A stretch of 64,000 nucleotides of DNA, taken from Iphione sp. A-MEVVRFRX5. Lineage: Eukaryota. The notes below the pieces were generated by a model, which was not told where the DNA came from, did no database searches, and saw only the letters and a list, made by a program, of their open reading frames with translations. The stretch spans positions 64,790,001 through 64,854,000 of the forward strand of contig OZ320320.1 in the NCBI GenBank assembly GCA_976226885.1, in the 5' to 3' direction. Position 1 is the first letter of the stretch. Each line of letters opens with the position of its first letter. The position numbers and the translations under genes are program-made. Positions 49,601 to 63,193 of the stretch are shown in pieces.

Positions 49601-52600
49601 GACGTCCTCAGGGATTTGAATGCTCTTGCTTCTCACGCCAAAACAATGTTTTTCCTTCAAAACCCCTTGTTTTTTTTGTTTTTTGGGGGCGGGGGGCAAC
49701 GTATGCCGGTGTGACCAGTACTGCGACTAGGCGTCCGTCTATAAATGTGTATCGTGATAATAAATATGTGTGTTAGCATGTGTTGTGAGTGAGCTGTGAG
49801 CGTGCTAGTCTGAATATTCTCTGATGAAAATGTTTGTGTGTGTGTGTGTGTGCGCGCGGGTGTGTGTGTGTGTGGACGTGGAGGGAGGGCGAGGAGTCGG
49901 TGTTGTGAGTAGGTGGAGGGGGGAAGTTTATGTTGAGAGTGATATGTTCTGTGTGTGCTGTTTTTCGGTACGCTGTCTTCTGAGAGGATGTGTAGAATAA
50001 TTCATAGGTCTACGTTTCTAGTAGAAGTCACGCCCGTCCCACCCCTTCAAATGTCCAGGCAGTGCCGAGAGCGATACTGGATATTTGCTGGGTAACAGAC
50101 CAGCAAACCAACCGAATAGTCATACCCTACGGAAGGGCTGTTATGACCACTGAGACAAATAATAGGGACAGACCAATCGCGAAGGGTACGGGAATTATCC
50201 GATTATCTAAGATTAACGACCGTTACTTCAACAATTGAGCGTCAATCTTTGAAAAAAAGTGAAAAAATTATGTCTCCATAAGATATATAAGCTTGTTGTC
50301 ATATTATCATCCAGATTGACAGCCTGCCAAAGACCCATTACTTGACGCAAATAATGTGTTTTGCTCAATGTTTGGCAATAGCAGGGGCCTAGTTCTGAAT
50401 TCGTTGGTATCCAGGTTAATGAATATTGACGACATCACATCGCCCATTGCATGTTCCAAACGCCACCGGCAGTCACAGTGGTAGCTCCCCCCCCCCCCCT
50501 TTGCAAATAGGAAGCCGAAAGGTGATTTTTTTTTCTGTCATAGTTCGCATTTCGACGCTACCTATGACGTCAGATGCGCTTTCTCAAATCGATTAAAGCT
50601 GGTGCTTTCAAGGTGACGTTATCATCCCGATTCTGAACCCTGAAATGCATTGTCCTCCTGTCTTCTCGGAGCCTGGAACTGCCCCCCTTCGTTCCAAGTG
50701 GAGATGCTGTGGAGCCCGGGAGCATGTGACATGTTTGACGTTCATCCATCCCTGACGCGCCAGATCGGAAGATAACTGTCCCCCGCCCCTGCAGACAGTG
50801 GAGGAGGAGTGGAGGCATTAGCCCTTCGTTCGCCTCCTATAAGGCGAGATGGGCGCTAGGGATGGGAGGCCAACTTCAGCTGCAGTGACAGTAACCGCCG
50901 GTGAAATCCATGCAGCGTCACACTCTGGCTGTCCTGAGGTTTGATCGTGACAATAACAGACAAAAGGAGGGATGGCTCATTCCCTTAATGCATGTCATAC
51001 TCTTGTATTTCGGCTATTGCTTAGCTGGTAAAAGATGCTGTACGCTGGGACTAAGTAGAAGTCGAACTCCGTTGCTGGCTTCTGGTATAAGGAGTGTCAA
51101 AAGTAATGCGTTTCCCAAGCTTCTTTGTCGCCACCTTTATGAGACAATCTTTCATCGGATGTCAGCACTCCACATCAAGAAAACCGCATCTGGTCTTCAA
51201 AATAATACTCCACTCCTGTTTATGGTCAATCTGAAAAAAAATAATTCCTGTCGAGATGGAAGTCACCTTCACTGGCACGCTGGAGTTTGTCCTTCATGTG
51301 CACTTATCTTTGTAAACGATGATGAGGAGAAGGGAAAACTCTATTACGAATGCCACGACGCCTGCGTGGCAGCGGAGCGTTGTTCAGGGGAGGAATAGCC
51401 TCGGTGATAACACTTCTGATCACAGATCGGCGGCAGATACTGCGATATATATGAGTGCAGCGGCTAACCACCTTACCATGGTTTAATGTCCTCACTCGCC
51501 GGGCCTACCCTCGCAGGCGCCGTCTTGTCATAAGGCGAATAGTTGCCTGAATCAATCAAACACCATCCCGACCGTGGAGCTTGGCGGCGGGGTGACAACT
51601 TTTATTTAAAAACCTACAATGTGGGCACAACTTGGAGAACGTAGGAAAACACATGGTGGAAAGGGAGTCCATACGCGGGACGGGATGTGGCGAGGTCGGA
51701 TGGAATGAGCAGGTTCTGATGCGATGGGATGAATTGAACTGGACGACGGAGTAAGTTTGGAATTAGGTGGGTTGGAATGACTCGCTGCCGAAAGTTCTAC
51801 CTTTTTTTCCTGGGTTGATATTTATCAGGGCTGTCGTCGTCGTCCAGGAGAATGCTTTCGGACTGGATCCTCATAATACGAATGGCACAGTACCGCGACA
51901 CTACGGACCATATTAGGCTGATTACAACTTTAACAGGCCGAAACCAAAAATTGTAATGGATTGGAGTTCTGACTCCGTGAATGAGTCGGCTTTATACAGA
52001 CTTGTCATTTTAGCTGTAGCTTTCTTACTCTGGGTCACTTGAACGGAAACCCTCAAATTTTCTCTCCAAATCTAATGGTTATCTACAGGTGTGTGTGTTT
52101 GACCCCAGTGATCGGACATCTTTAAATACGTGGTAGTTGGATGATGCTGAATGGTTGATATCGCCTCTATAATGCCCCTCAATACCATGAGAGATTTATA
52201 ATTTTTTGCACACTGTGCAAGTCGCACAATTTCATCAAACCCCCTGAGAACAATTGCCCTCGTTGCCTTGCTGTCCACAATTTGAAATTAAAACCAAGTT
52301 TTTACGGTTAGCAGCCTGTACGTAGGCTGAAGAATGAGGCAGTTATTCTGATTGAATAATATTCATGAGCCATGTGTTCCCTTAAAATGTCAAGTATTTT
52401 GAGGCCCCCCATTGAATGTTTTATATGTACATGTACTCCCACGGGGCCAAGAGTTTGCGATATGATGAGAGTTGGGGGTTGTGGGTTCGGAAGAATTGAT
52501 AGTTATAATGACAGTCGAGAAAATGGCTTGAGAACAGTCAGAAATAGGAACGTATTCCAAACACGATGCACATTGAATCTGTGCCGGCGTAAGCCCAAAA

Positions 52601-54948
52601 GATCTTGGGGCGGCAATCTAATCACGTGATGTCAGGTAAGATATGCATTAGCGGAGCGATTAGTCCGCCACACTCTCACCAGATTGCGCCACCAGCTCCT
52701 GCTCCGGCAGTGTTCCTTTTCTCACCTTTCTCCATCGACCTGTGGTCGTGCCCTTCTCGTAGCATCTTACTCTCCATTTCTATGCATTTCTGTGTTTACA
52801 ATACCGTTTCCCTGTCCTGTTCTTTGCCAAACTTCTTTTTAATATACCCTCCTACTTTGCCAGGCATCTTCTTTCTCGCCACCCGGCCCGTTTCTCTCAG
52901 AACTACTAGTTATCTCGTTCTTTGAGGTGGAATAATATATACTTTTACAATTATCACCTGTTTCCTTCCCCTGCCTATACATGTCCCTCATTCACTTATT
53001 GACAACTTTAGTTCCCTCTCCCTCTCTTTCTAAATCCTTCTATCTCTTTCTCCCCTTGCTTCACTCCTTTCCTGTGTCCACACATGGTATCCTTTACTAT
53101 TGCACACACACTCTCTCACTCTATATATACATTATCCCGTTCCTTCTGTCTTTCTCCGCCTCTCTCTCTATTGATGTAGCTATATCTATCCACAGTGAGA
53201 CTCATTTAGAGACCAACCCACAGGGAAGAACAACATTTGGAAGAGACCAAAAACCTTCAAGTCGCAAACTGTATTTCTACACGGTTATCTTGTATCGGAT
53301 ACCAACCCAATGGAGAAACCAAAATTGTCCAGTCACAAGCTTGGTCTCCTACGTATGTTCCCACTGTAATTATCTATCTGTCCATCCATCTATATGTCTG
53401 TCTGTGCCTTTCTATGTTTTCCTTAAAGACGTGGCTAGTACGCACAATGTTTTCCTGACTTTTCCAGTCAGTGTATGATTCACATCTGCTATCGTAGAAG
53501 TTTTTTTTTGTATTCCAAGCACGAACTTAGTGGACGGAATATTTATTATCCATCTACTGAGAATAAGAACATCACATCATCGCTGTCTCAGTAACTGATG
53601 ACTTCATGAGGTAGCATCAGACACCTCGGAATCTTTGATGGATCTTAAGTGTGCAACGGCTTATTGTGATCGATTATTTAATCCATTAATCTTGAGAGTA
53701 CGTTGGGATATCCTATGCTGGGTTTCCGTTTCGAGTTCCTAGAACACCAGTAATTTACCAAGCCAGTGATCTACATCGTATTTATTATAAACACGCTCTC
53801 CTTTCTATATTTATGGGATGAATTGGATGAAGGCATGAAACAAGTGGCCACTTCCCATTGGCAGCGTGTTGTTATTCAGCTCAACACGACTATTTAAGCA
53901 TTAACAGTTCCGATCGCTCATAGAAGAATTATTCGTACTACCTTGTAATCAAAGGTGCATTCCGAAATTATTATCGCTTATTCGACCTTCGAAACCTCAC
54001 GAAAATTGACAAATTCCTTTCCTTTTTATTTTAGCCGCATATGTAGAGCCATCATAATTATGTCTAGCTGTTTGTAAAATCCCAGTCAAATTAACTTTCA
54101 CACCCCACTGTATACATCAAATTGAACCTTATAGCCAGTGTTTCATAAATCCGGAGCCTAGATAACGCAGAGCTGGGTGGACGGAGGCTAAATCCCAATT
54201 TTCAAAACTACCCTCCATACAGACAGCAAACAATAAAGGACACAAAATGGCCAAAATGATAGATTACAGACAGAGCTATATCTGTGAAAACTAACGTCAC
54301 ATTTCTTCAATTGAAATGCACATTGTCCCTTTTTTTATGATTAGCTGTAAGTCAATTAAATGGTTTTATTTGCTACAATTAATCGTATATACCAATAATA
54401 TACATGCATTGATTTAACTGCCTATTATTGGGATCTGGTTTGCATTGATCAAGTGATCAGTTCAATTTGGGTAGGCAAATCATTCAGTCATGGGACCCAT
54501 CCACTATCAAATATCCATGTACAAGTTTGTACCATTTGCAAATGGGTACATGCCTAAAATATAACATAACAGGCTTTGATATGCCTTCAGCTACGAATAA
54601 TGATAATATCGCCCAGGATAAAGTACATATGTACCAATAATTACGTTAACGCATACATCATTTCATTATCGCCAGTCATAGACGATTGATTAAAATCTAC
54701 CGAACGGGCTTAATATTTACAATTGTACGTCTTTCGCATTCGGGGTCGGTAATTTTTACATCTAATCTTCCGCATGAACCATTTCGGATTGGACGTTACT
54801 AATAAAAGTGTCCCTAGGGTCATGCACACAATATACCAACCAAACAATAATACACAATATGATAATACATGTACACGTGAATGTGTATCTGGGCCACTGT
54901 TGTTTTTCTGTGGTACTCACTATGGCATTGTCTTCTTCCTTTTCGCAG

Positions 54949-57900
54949 GTGAATAATGGCACGTGGCGGCTGGGTGATGTCCTATGTGATGCGTGGGTGG
55001 CCCTCGACGTCATGGGCTGCACCTCCTCCATCCTCAATCTTACGGCCATCAGTGTTGATAGGTTAGTTTAATTTTTATCCCACAATGAATATTAAATTTA
55101 TTCTAAAGGAAGTAACTTTTGAAACCCTCGCGAATATGAAATACTGATTCTATTTTGCATGTAGACATATGTCAAACCAGTTCATTGCTTGATCATTTAA
55201 ATCCAAGCTATCGGAATGGCTATTGGTAATATCAATATGATGTTTCATTTCTTAATATTATACTGAGGGATTTAGCATTGTTAGAATGAATATTCTATGA
55301 ATATTATATGAATACATCTGACATACATTCTCTCAAAACGACGATATTTTCTAATGTGTTGACCTAATTTGCAAATTGGTCAGTCCCAAACAGGCTCCGG
55401 ACAATGCTGTTCAGGTTATCTATATTTCTGAAAATATGTTGACTGCTCACTCTACATGGGGATGATCAGTAATGCTCAACTTGGACATTAACACCAGCCG
55501 GTGTCTAAAATGACTTGAGCCACAGACAAATGCTCCACTCTCCTCCTTTAGAGTGAAAAACGAGACAGGAGAGGGGAACTGACTGGAGAAAAAAATGGGG
55601 AGGGAAGGGGAAGGGAGGGACTGTTGGGCTATACCTGACCAAAGACCTGAGTAGTGTAGAGAGGGTAAGAGGTCATTGAGTGCATTCCTGTGTCGCCACC
55701 ATACAGATAGGATTTCATTGAGTGCACTGAACTGGTGGGACTAACTCATTGTGCTTAGTGCAGTTGCATCAAGAGTAATTGAGTGGGACCATCGTTTTAG
55801 GTAGGGAGTTATCAGTTGTGGTGGGGCCACTGAAGGCACCTGCACTAGGAGCTAGGCTATCAAATTAGGAAGTGCACTATTCCATTAGAAGATCTTTGAG
55901 TTCATTGAATCCATTGGTACTATGGAAATCAACTAATGTATGAGAGATACTATGTATTACACTGTGCCTATCCTGACACATAGTTGAGTCAAAGAGGAAC
56001 TGAGGGTGATGGGGATATTTTAGTAAGTGGAAACTAATGAAGGGTCACCTGGAAGGGAGTTCCCAGTTCATACGCATTGTATATTATGACTATGACATCC
56101 GCTACCTTAGCACTAGTTTTCGACGGGGATTGGTGTTTGGTCCCATTTTGCTGGTAGTAAACACCTTCATAAACTCACTCCGGCATGGGTCTAAGACCTC
56201 TCACTTTGCAGATGGTTTGCTTCTGTCTCAGCTGGACGGGACCTGGTGCTTCAACATTAACAAATGCACCGTTGCCCCTATGCTGTGGCTCAATGGTGCA
56301 ATCGTGAAGGCATACAGCTAAATTCGGAAAAGTGTCAGTACATGATGACCAGTAAAGCAAAGGGCATTCCATTTGATATTGCACTGGGAGATTTCACTAT
56401 TAAGCACATCACTACATGCAACATCCTGGATTACGAGCTGGAAAACAGGCTTTATGGAAGTGCAACGCTAGGAGAAACCAAGCGGAACATAAAGTTGCAA
56501 TCTGGAAGGTTTGGCAAGCTCAATGGAACCTGCCTGCAGGTTTGAGGCTTCACTTTATGCAAACCCTAGTCCTGCCGAATATGTAGCTGTGCTGTATTTT
56601 TGTATGCTTTTGGACCAAGATACATGATGTTCTTCCCATGTACACCTTCATGACTGAAATCAGCGCATCACCCGTCCCCAATATACACCGGTATGCAGGA
56701 AAACTAGTACACAACTGATCTGCATTCCCTTATATGCATCCAAATATGTCTGTCTGGACACATGGGTGGCAATGTCATAACCATTTGTGTGTTTTCCTTT
56801 CCACGTGTCCTAGCTACGTATCTGGCATATAAAAATATGTGTGCATGTAAAGCCCATTTTGAAATAAAACCTGGAAGAGCATGAGGGTTGGGATTGTGGT
56901 CGATGAATACATACATATAAGTTGTAGAAGCACTGATTCTTTAAATTACTATATAAAGATTCACAAGAAGCAGGTAACCATGAAGATTGGCTTTTGAGTA
57001 AATATTGCTATCATGCCTCAAAGTGTGGCAAGTTACATCACTGATCATTCCTATCTTGTGTGAGCAATTGATAACTAGAATATCCTTGTCCTGATCCCAT
57101 TTTGGATGAACCAACTGTGGACTAAGTTGATAAGGACTCATCAGAAAAGTAGGGCATGTTTACCAGAAATATATCTATCCGCTGGAATTGATCGCGGATA
57201 GACAACATTTCTACAAGAAATGGAAGCGTGACAAATGTGAAGACGCGAGGTGCATTTTCAAGTATCTAAACACGCAGTTAAGGAAGGCAGTGGACGCTGA
57301 CCATCGTAAGCACTGGAGGGGGAAAATAGCAGAGGCAGATAGGGATCCGAGGAAACTCTGGAGTGTTCTCAACAACATCCTGGGACGCGATGCCGAAGCT
57401 GAGATACTACCGCATGAACCTGAGAATAGCACAAGTGCTCGAGCAAAGTTGGCCGACCGCTTCAACGACTTCTTCGTCGACGAGGTCGCAAAATTAGCAG
57501 TGACACCACAGACAACAACTTGGAAGGCACCTGGCACACAAGACTCGTTCAGCATAGGAGATCCGAGCCCGATAGTGATTCGGCCATTAATCCAAAAACA
57601 GCATCTGCGCAAGGCTTCGGGAGTGGTGGGTCTTCCAACACGTATTCTCAAGCCACTACTACTGCTACTGTTGGACTATGTCGCGGAGTTATTCTCCAGA
57701 ATCGTTGAAACAGGGCAGTATCCAAATCGTGGAAAGTGGCCCATGTGACACCTATCTTTAAGAAGGGTGACCGGGAGAATTTGTCAAACTACAGGCCGGT
57801 CTCCATATTACCATTATCGGGTAAGATCTTCGAGGCGTGGTTCGTAGGCAGCTTGATGAAGAGTCTTGACGAGAGGAAGTTCATTAGCAAGAACCAACAT

Positions 57901-60900
57901 GGATTCCGACCAGGCCGAAGTACGGAGACTGCAGTTGTAAGCATGATTATGGATGCTCAAGCGAAGTTGAATGCGGGTATGTACTGCAGTCTCCTTGCCT
58001 TTGATCTCAAAAAGGCCTTCGACTTGGTCCCTGCATGCGTTGTACTAAAACGGCTTAAGCTGGCAGGAGCAAACGTCAAGATACGCAAATTGGTTGAGAG
58101 TTACTTTGCAGGCCGGAAACAGTTCGTTCTATGTAAGGGGGTCAGCTCTGGTCTTAGGGAGGTGCAGCATGGAGTGCCGCAAGGATCGGTTTTCGGTCCG
58201 AGCGCCTTCTCGATCATCATTGATGAAGTGACCAGATGCCTCCCACCTCACAGTGAAGTTGCACTCTATGCAGACGATCTCACCATTGTGGTTGCGGCTG
58301 GGGATCTACTGCATCTTCGAGCGGTGTCGCAGAATACGGTGAATGCGGTATCCAGATGGTGTGAAGACACAGGGCTGCTATTAAGTGAAAACAAGTGCTG
58401 CTATATGGTCCTGGGAAAAGCAGCTGACACGCCATTGGACCTGCACATAAATAACAACAAGTTAGCGTTAGTGAGTAAGGCATGCTTACTGGGATTCACC
58501 GTGGATTCTCGACTGAAATTCAAGGAGCAAGCGAACGCGATCAAGGTGAAAATGTGGTGTAGTGCCTTGAAACTTGGGAGAGTAAAGCACCTACTGCCAC
58601 TGGATGTCAGAGCGAAGCTCTTCAAGGCATTGGTGTTGCCCCATTTGTTCTACGGAGCAGCAGTTCTTTTTGGGATGACCACCTCCCTTATAGGGAGTCT
58701 GCAAGTGCACCTAAACAGATGCATACGGGTCAGTCTGCAATCCAGGAAGCAATCTTCAACGCGGATGCTAGCAGGTAAATTTGGCATCGACAGAGTCAGC
58801 GAAATAGTGGAATGCAGAGCAGTGTCCGCCGTCCATCGCCTAGCTCACCTGGACTTGCTGACACTGGCAAGTAGATCAAAAACGAGGGATGGAGGCAGCA
58901 TGAGGGTAGTGCCTCCGAAAGCAAAGTCTAGAAAATTCTTGTCCAGCCTGTGCTATGGCGCACCAACACTGTGGAATTTCCTCCCGGGCGCTGTAAGGGC
59001 TGCCAAGAAACCAAGTCTGAGGGCTGTTCTTCTGGGAAAACGACGACCTACCACGAGTTAGATAGGGCTACTCTGACAACAACATGTAAATTAAGGGTCT
59101 CACGAGTCCCCCGAGGGGGAGGTGGGGGCTAGATGGTGCTACAAGTGGTCCGGTACAATTATGGTCTAATCAACACTAAAGGGGATACACAGTGTGGGCG
59201 ACAATAAAGAAAGGCCTGATAAGTACAGTATTACTGCCAGATGTGGAGTGGACAAAGGGGATGCTTTTATGTTGGCAATCCACACAAGCAGATACTTGTT
59301 GAGCACTCTTGAACGTAAAGGCCGCTGATAGCGGTTGTGTGTACATACTGTCTATGTATCGTCCTGTCTTGGTGCAGCATGTCGTGTCAAGTGTTTTATG
59401 TCACCTGTGAATATGTGATATCTAACATGTGGTGTCTGTGTTGTCAATCCTGTACAAAGTGACGTCTATACTTGTTTATGTTCGTTGTTTGCGTGTCCAG
59501 TGCATATGTGATGTCAATCTCGAGATTCACCTTTACAGTGTACACTTGTCACTCTTTCCTCCAAGAATTAACCAAGGAGAACTTTGTACAACTACGAAGA
59601 ATGGTTAATAAACATTTATACAATTCAATTCAATATGTCAGATGTTTTCTATAATATCCGACTGGGTAGTCAGCGCATCTGATCATGATATCCTGAATTA
59701 GTTCTGTTCAGGGATGATACCATTTTCCTTCTCATTCAAATTTCAAAAATAATAGTTTTTTTAATTCAATGAACTGTTGCCGTATAATTGTTGGCCATTT
59801 ATTTAATGCTACCTCTATTCAGAATTTTCTTCTATTTTGGTTCAGGCAATCCTACCTACACTACAGGGTTTTCTTTATCTAAATCTCCTAATTCAATTTT
59901 GACCTTTATTGGACAATGTCAGTTCTTAACTTCAATAATGGCCATCTCCAAAATAGCGCACAGACCCTCATACTCCAGTCAGCAAATTAATGTTTTCATC
60001 TATGAACTAACCTATAGGCCTATTAACCCAGATTGACCTTATCTATACCGGAAAGGTATTCCTTGCTTCAAGACTCTGTGTAACTATTTTTTTATTAGAC
60101 TGATTTATGAAGCATGTATCCCATGCCTTTGGTTCCGTGCGAGAGGGAAGGGCAACACTGTGCTGTAAATTACTGACCTGAGAAATGGGAGCCCCTTCTG
60201 ATACGCACACATCCCAGCTGGCTTCATGACCATAATTTATTTTCAATTAATAGCTTTAAGTGTAGATGTGTTAACTAGCTATGCAGTATATAAATTCAAT
60301 TTCATATTCGAGCAAGTCTTTGTGGGGTCCTTACTAGACTTTAGACATCGTCCCGTTTGTGGAACTTTTACCGAAACGTGAGGTAAAATAAAATGCATAT
60401 GATCTATTTTATTCATTTTGTCTCCGATTCGAACTTCCAAAGACAACTATATCCCAGAGTGTGGTGGGGTGTATGTGAAAATATCTGTCGAACAAATGAA
60501 CTGGCATATCTCACTTAAGATAGCTTGCTTTAGAACCTCATTCGCTGTCCGTAAACTTGAATGCTAAAACCTTTCTATGCGGATATAAGTATGTCACTAG
60601 AAAGTCACCCTTAGTTAACTCATTTTCACTCTTCTCTTTCTCTCCTCATCCGACACACCGGACCGTGACAACCCTACTGTCCTTCGGGATCCAGATTTAT
60701 AGCTGTCACCCAGCCCATTCGATACGCCAAGCACAAACACTCTAAGAGGGTGCACATCATGCTTGCTCTCACATGGATCGTCTCCATCGCCATCTCCTCG
60801 CCTATCGCGCTTGGTATGAACTATACGGAGGCGCGCAGTCAGACGCCCGAGCTGTGCATCTTCTACAACTCCGAGTTCCTCATCTGCTCCTCCATGGGCT

Positions 60901-63193
60901 CCTTCTACATCCCCTGCATCATCATGCTCGTCCTGTACTGGCGAATCTTCCGGACCATCCACATGCGCGCCAAGAAACAGGCGATGAAGATGACACGCCA
61001 CCTGGCGGCCAATGACCGCAACCTGCAGAACGTTATCGAGAACCGCGACGTTTCGACCAACTACACCGGCTTTTCCACTTCGGGCAGCAGGGGGCGAAAC
61101 GACACCAGTGACGCACTGGCGCTGGAGCGGCGCCGCCGGAAATGTCCCATACACGGAAGTCCTGACCGAGGTCGCGGTGGCGGGGTTGGCGGGCGTAGCG
61201 GTGGGGGTGGCATGTCGCCCATACTCTCGCCGCAGCAGACGTCGTCGTCAACTCCGACGACTACACCTTCCGCTGCGGCTGCGGCGGCGTCGCTGGCCAT
61301 GGCAACGCATAACAACCACGAGTCGACGTCGTTTGTCTGTGGTGGCGCAATGACGACGACGACGACAGACACCGGGGACGAGGACTCCCACTGCGCCGAC
61401 GTCGTGCGCAGTCCGCTCAGCGACGACACGGACCACGTGATCCCAAATGACAAGTCCACCGACTTCATGCTCAGCCCCCAGAGCGAGGACTCTCACGGCG
61501 AGAGCTACCGCGACGTCGGCATCATCGGTGGAAGTGGCGGCCCTGCTGGCGTCGGCGGCGGTTGTGGCGGAAGCGGGGGTGGAAGTGGTAATAACGCTGA
61601 CATCGGTTACAGCCCGCCAGTCGCCATTGTTGTTGAGACACAGTTCTCCAACGTGACGTCCCCGACGTCGCCGCAGACACTGCTCGGTGGCTCTTCCAGT
61701 GGTCGGAAGGCGGGTCTCGGCTTCCGGAACCATGCTGCCGGTAAACTGAACTTCCTGCGGCGCGAGCATAAAGAATCGCCGCGGAAAAGCGTGACCAAGT
61801 TTAACTTTCACCTTCGGCACAGTAAGAAGAAGAAGCAGAGCTCAGCAATACGTCGGGAGCGCAAGGCTACCAAGACACTGGCCATTGTCTTAGGTGAGTA
61901 TTCGACATGTGGCTTCTTGCGTCTCCTTCGTGTCTACGAATTATTCTACATCTGCCCCCCTGCAACAATATGCAATATCAGGACAAGGGTTTGTGGCCTT
62001 AGACACTTTATTGGGTGGCGACGCACTGCCAAGGGCTTGAGCTAATTTCAACCTTATGATGCGCAGATCGAATCAAGAAGCTTTGGTCCTCTTATTCCTA
62101 AGTCAAAGTGTACATACTGCACGTGAATAGAGCAGTGCAGGTATATCTTATATCTCTAGTTTATCTTAAAATAGACTGTTAAACATAACCGCATATGTGC
62201 ATACATATAGAAAGTGACAGCAAGAGAGGGAAAGAGAGTTTAAACAGAGAGAAAGAATACATGCACACATGGTAAGCACTGCATGCAAAGCCACATACAT
62301 AAGGGCTGGGGGGAGGGATGGGAGAGGAGCGGGGCGGCGGTATGCCAAAGTGAGCCTAAGGACAGAATGGTTTAAATAAGTGGACAAGCACTGAATCTAT
62401 AGCTATTTGGGACAATAATGGCAGGCGGGGAACAAATGAATATTAAGTTGGAGACCAAGCTTGGGACTGGTTAATTTTAGTCCCTCCCATGATTTGGTCT
62501 GATCAGGCAAACTCTACATACATCTACGTAGATGGAAATGGATGATTTGATCTTGTAAGTCTTTGTTTCTCCCCATTTTGGCCTCCCTATGCTCTAGTCC
62601 GGGTGTCCACTGTGGATGCATGCTGTAATATCAAACATAATACTGATGCTACCTGCATCCCTTCTCATGCCTTTACCCGTTAAACTATAGGGGCATACTC
62701 CGAAAAGAAATTTTTGGTGGTTGCTACTTGCAGTTATGATTATCATCTGTAGTTGCCTTCTTCACTTGTCACTATCACTCCTGTTTCTTTTTCTTCTATC
62801 TGCAAGCTGTCCACACAAATATGAATGGCATACCTTTTACTGTATATTAAAATATTGCTCTGTTCATTCTCCTTTATGAGGTACATTTATATGCTGTGTC
62901 TTAATGTTACTGACGAACCTTTACATCATTCCTATTGCTTTCTTTCGCTAGGTGTGTTCTTGTTCTGCTGGTTACCGTTCTTCACTGTCAACGTCATGAC
63001 AGCCATCTGCATCAAGCTGGATGTTATGCACCGACCGGAGTGTAACATTGATGCCACGCTCATGTCCTTCTTTGTGTGGCTCGGCTACATCAACAGTTTC
63101 CTGAACCCCGTCATCTACACTATCTTCAACGTTGAGTTCAGGAAGGCCTTCAAGAATATCCTCTTCAACCCTTGCAACCGCAAGCGCTTGTGA
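54949..63193 (+). CDS. Dop2R: D2-like dopamine receptor (class A GPCR), 5'-partial: join(<54949..55061,60695..61893,62952..63193)
   Basis: TM3 Asp ([21 protein letters not shown]|F); TM5 serines ([11 protein letters not shown]); long ICL3 ending [14 protein letters not shown]; TM6 FCWLPFF; TM7 [18 protein letters not shown]; short Cys-containing tail. GT/AG introns are phase-compatible, and those before TM3 and in DR fall where I recall D2-family introns. Confidence 0.9.
56040..56560 (+). pseudogene. Decayed LINE RT fragment in the receptor intron
   Basis: GLVFGPILL...INSL...HFADG and [17 protein letters not shown] resemble the GSVLGPLLF / YADD / WxxxNxLxLNxxK blocks. Confidence 0.6.
57188..59634 (+). 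mobile_element. 5'-truncated CR1/L2-group LINE: RT with one frameshift near 57725, plus 3' UTR
   Basis: [51 protein letters not shown]; stop at 59061; AATAAA at 59607 and a CAATTCAATTCAAT tail at 59621-59634. No endonuclease domain seen. Confidence 0.9.

Noticed and set aside
50400-51600. CpG-rich patch with a CRE palindrome (TGACGTCA, 50565) as the receptor promoter or first exon
   Set aside because: No TM1-TM2 coding sequence follows. Two other CRE palindromes occur elsewhere (32798, 39727), so a single site is weak evidence.
61894-62045. ORF track extends the receptor ORF to 62045
   Set aside because: This is read-through into the intron; the donor TTAG|GTGAGT at 61893/61894 joins in phase to the TM6-TM7 exon at 62952.
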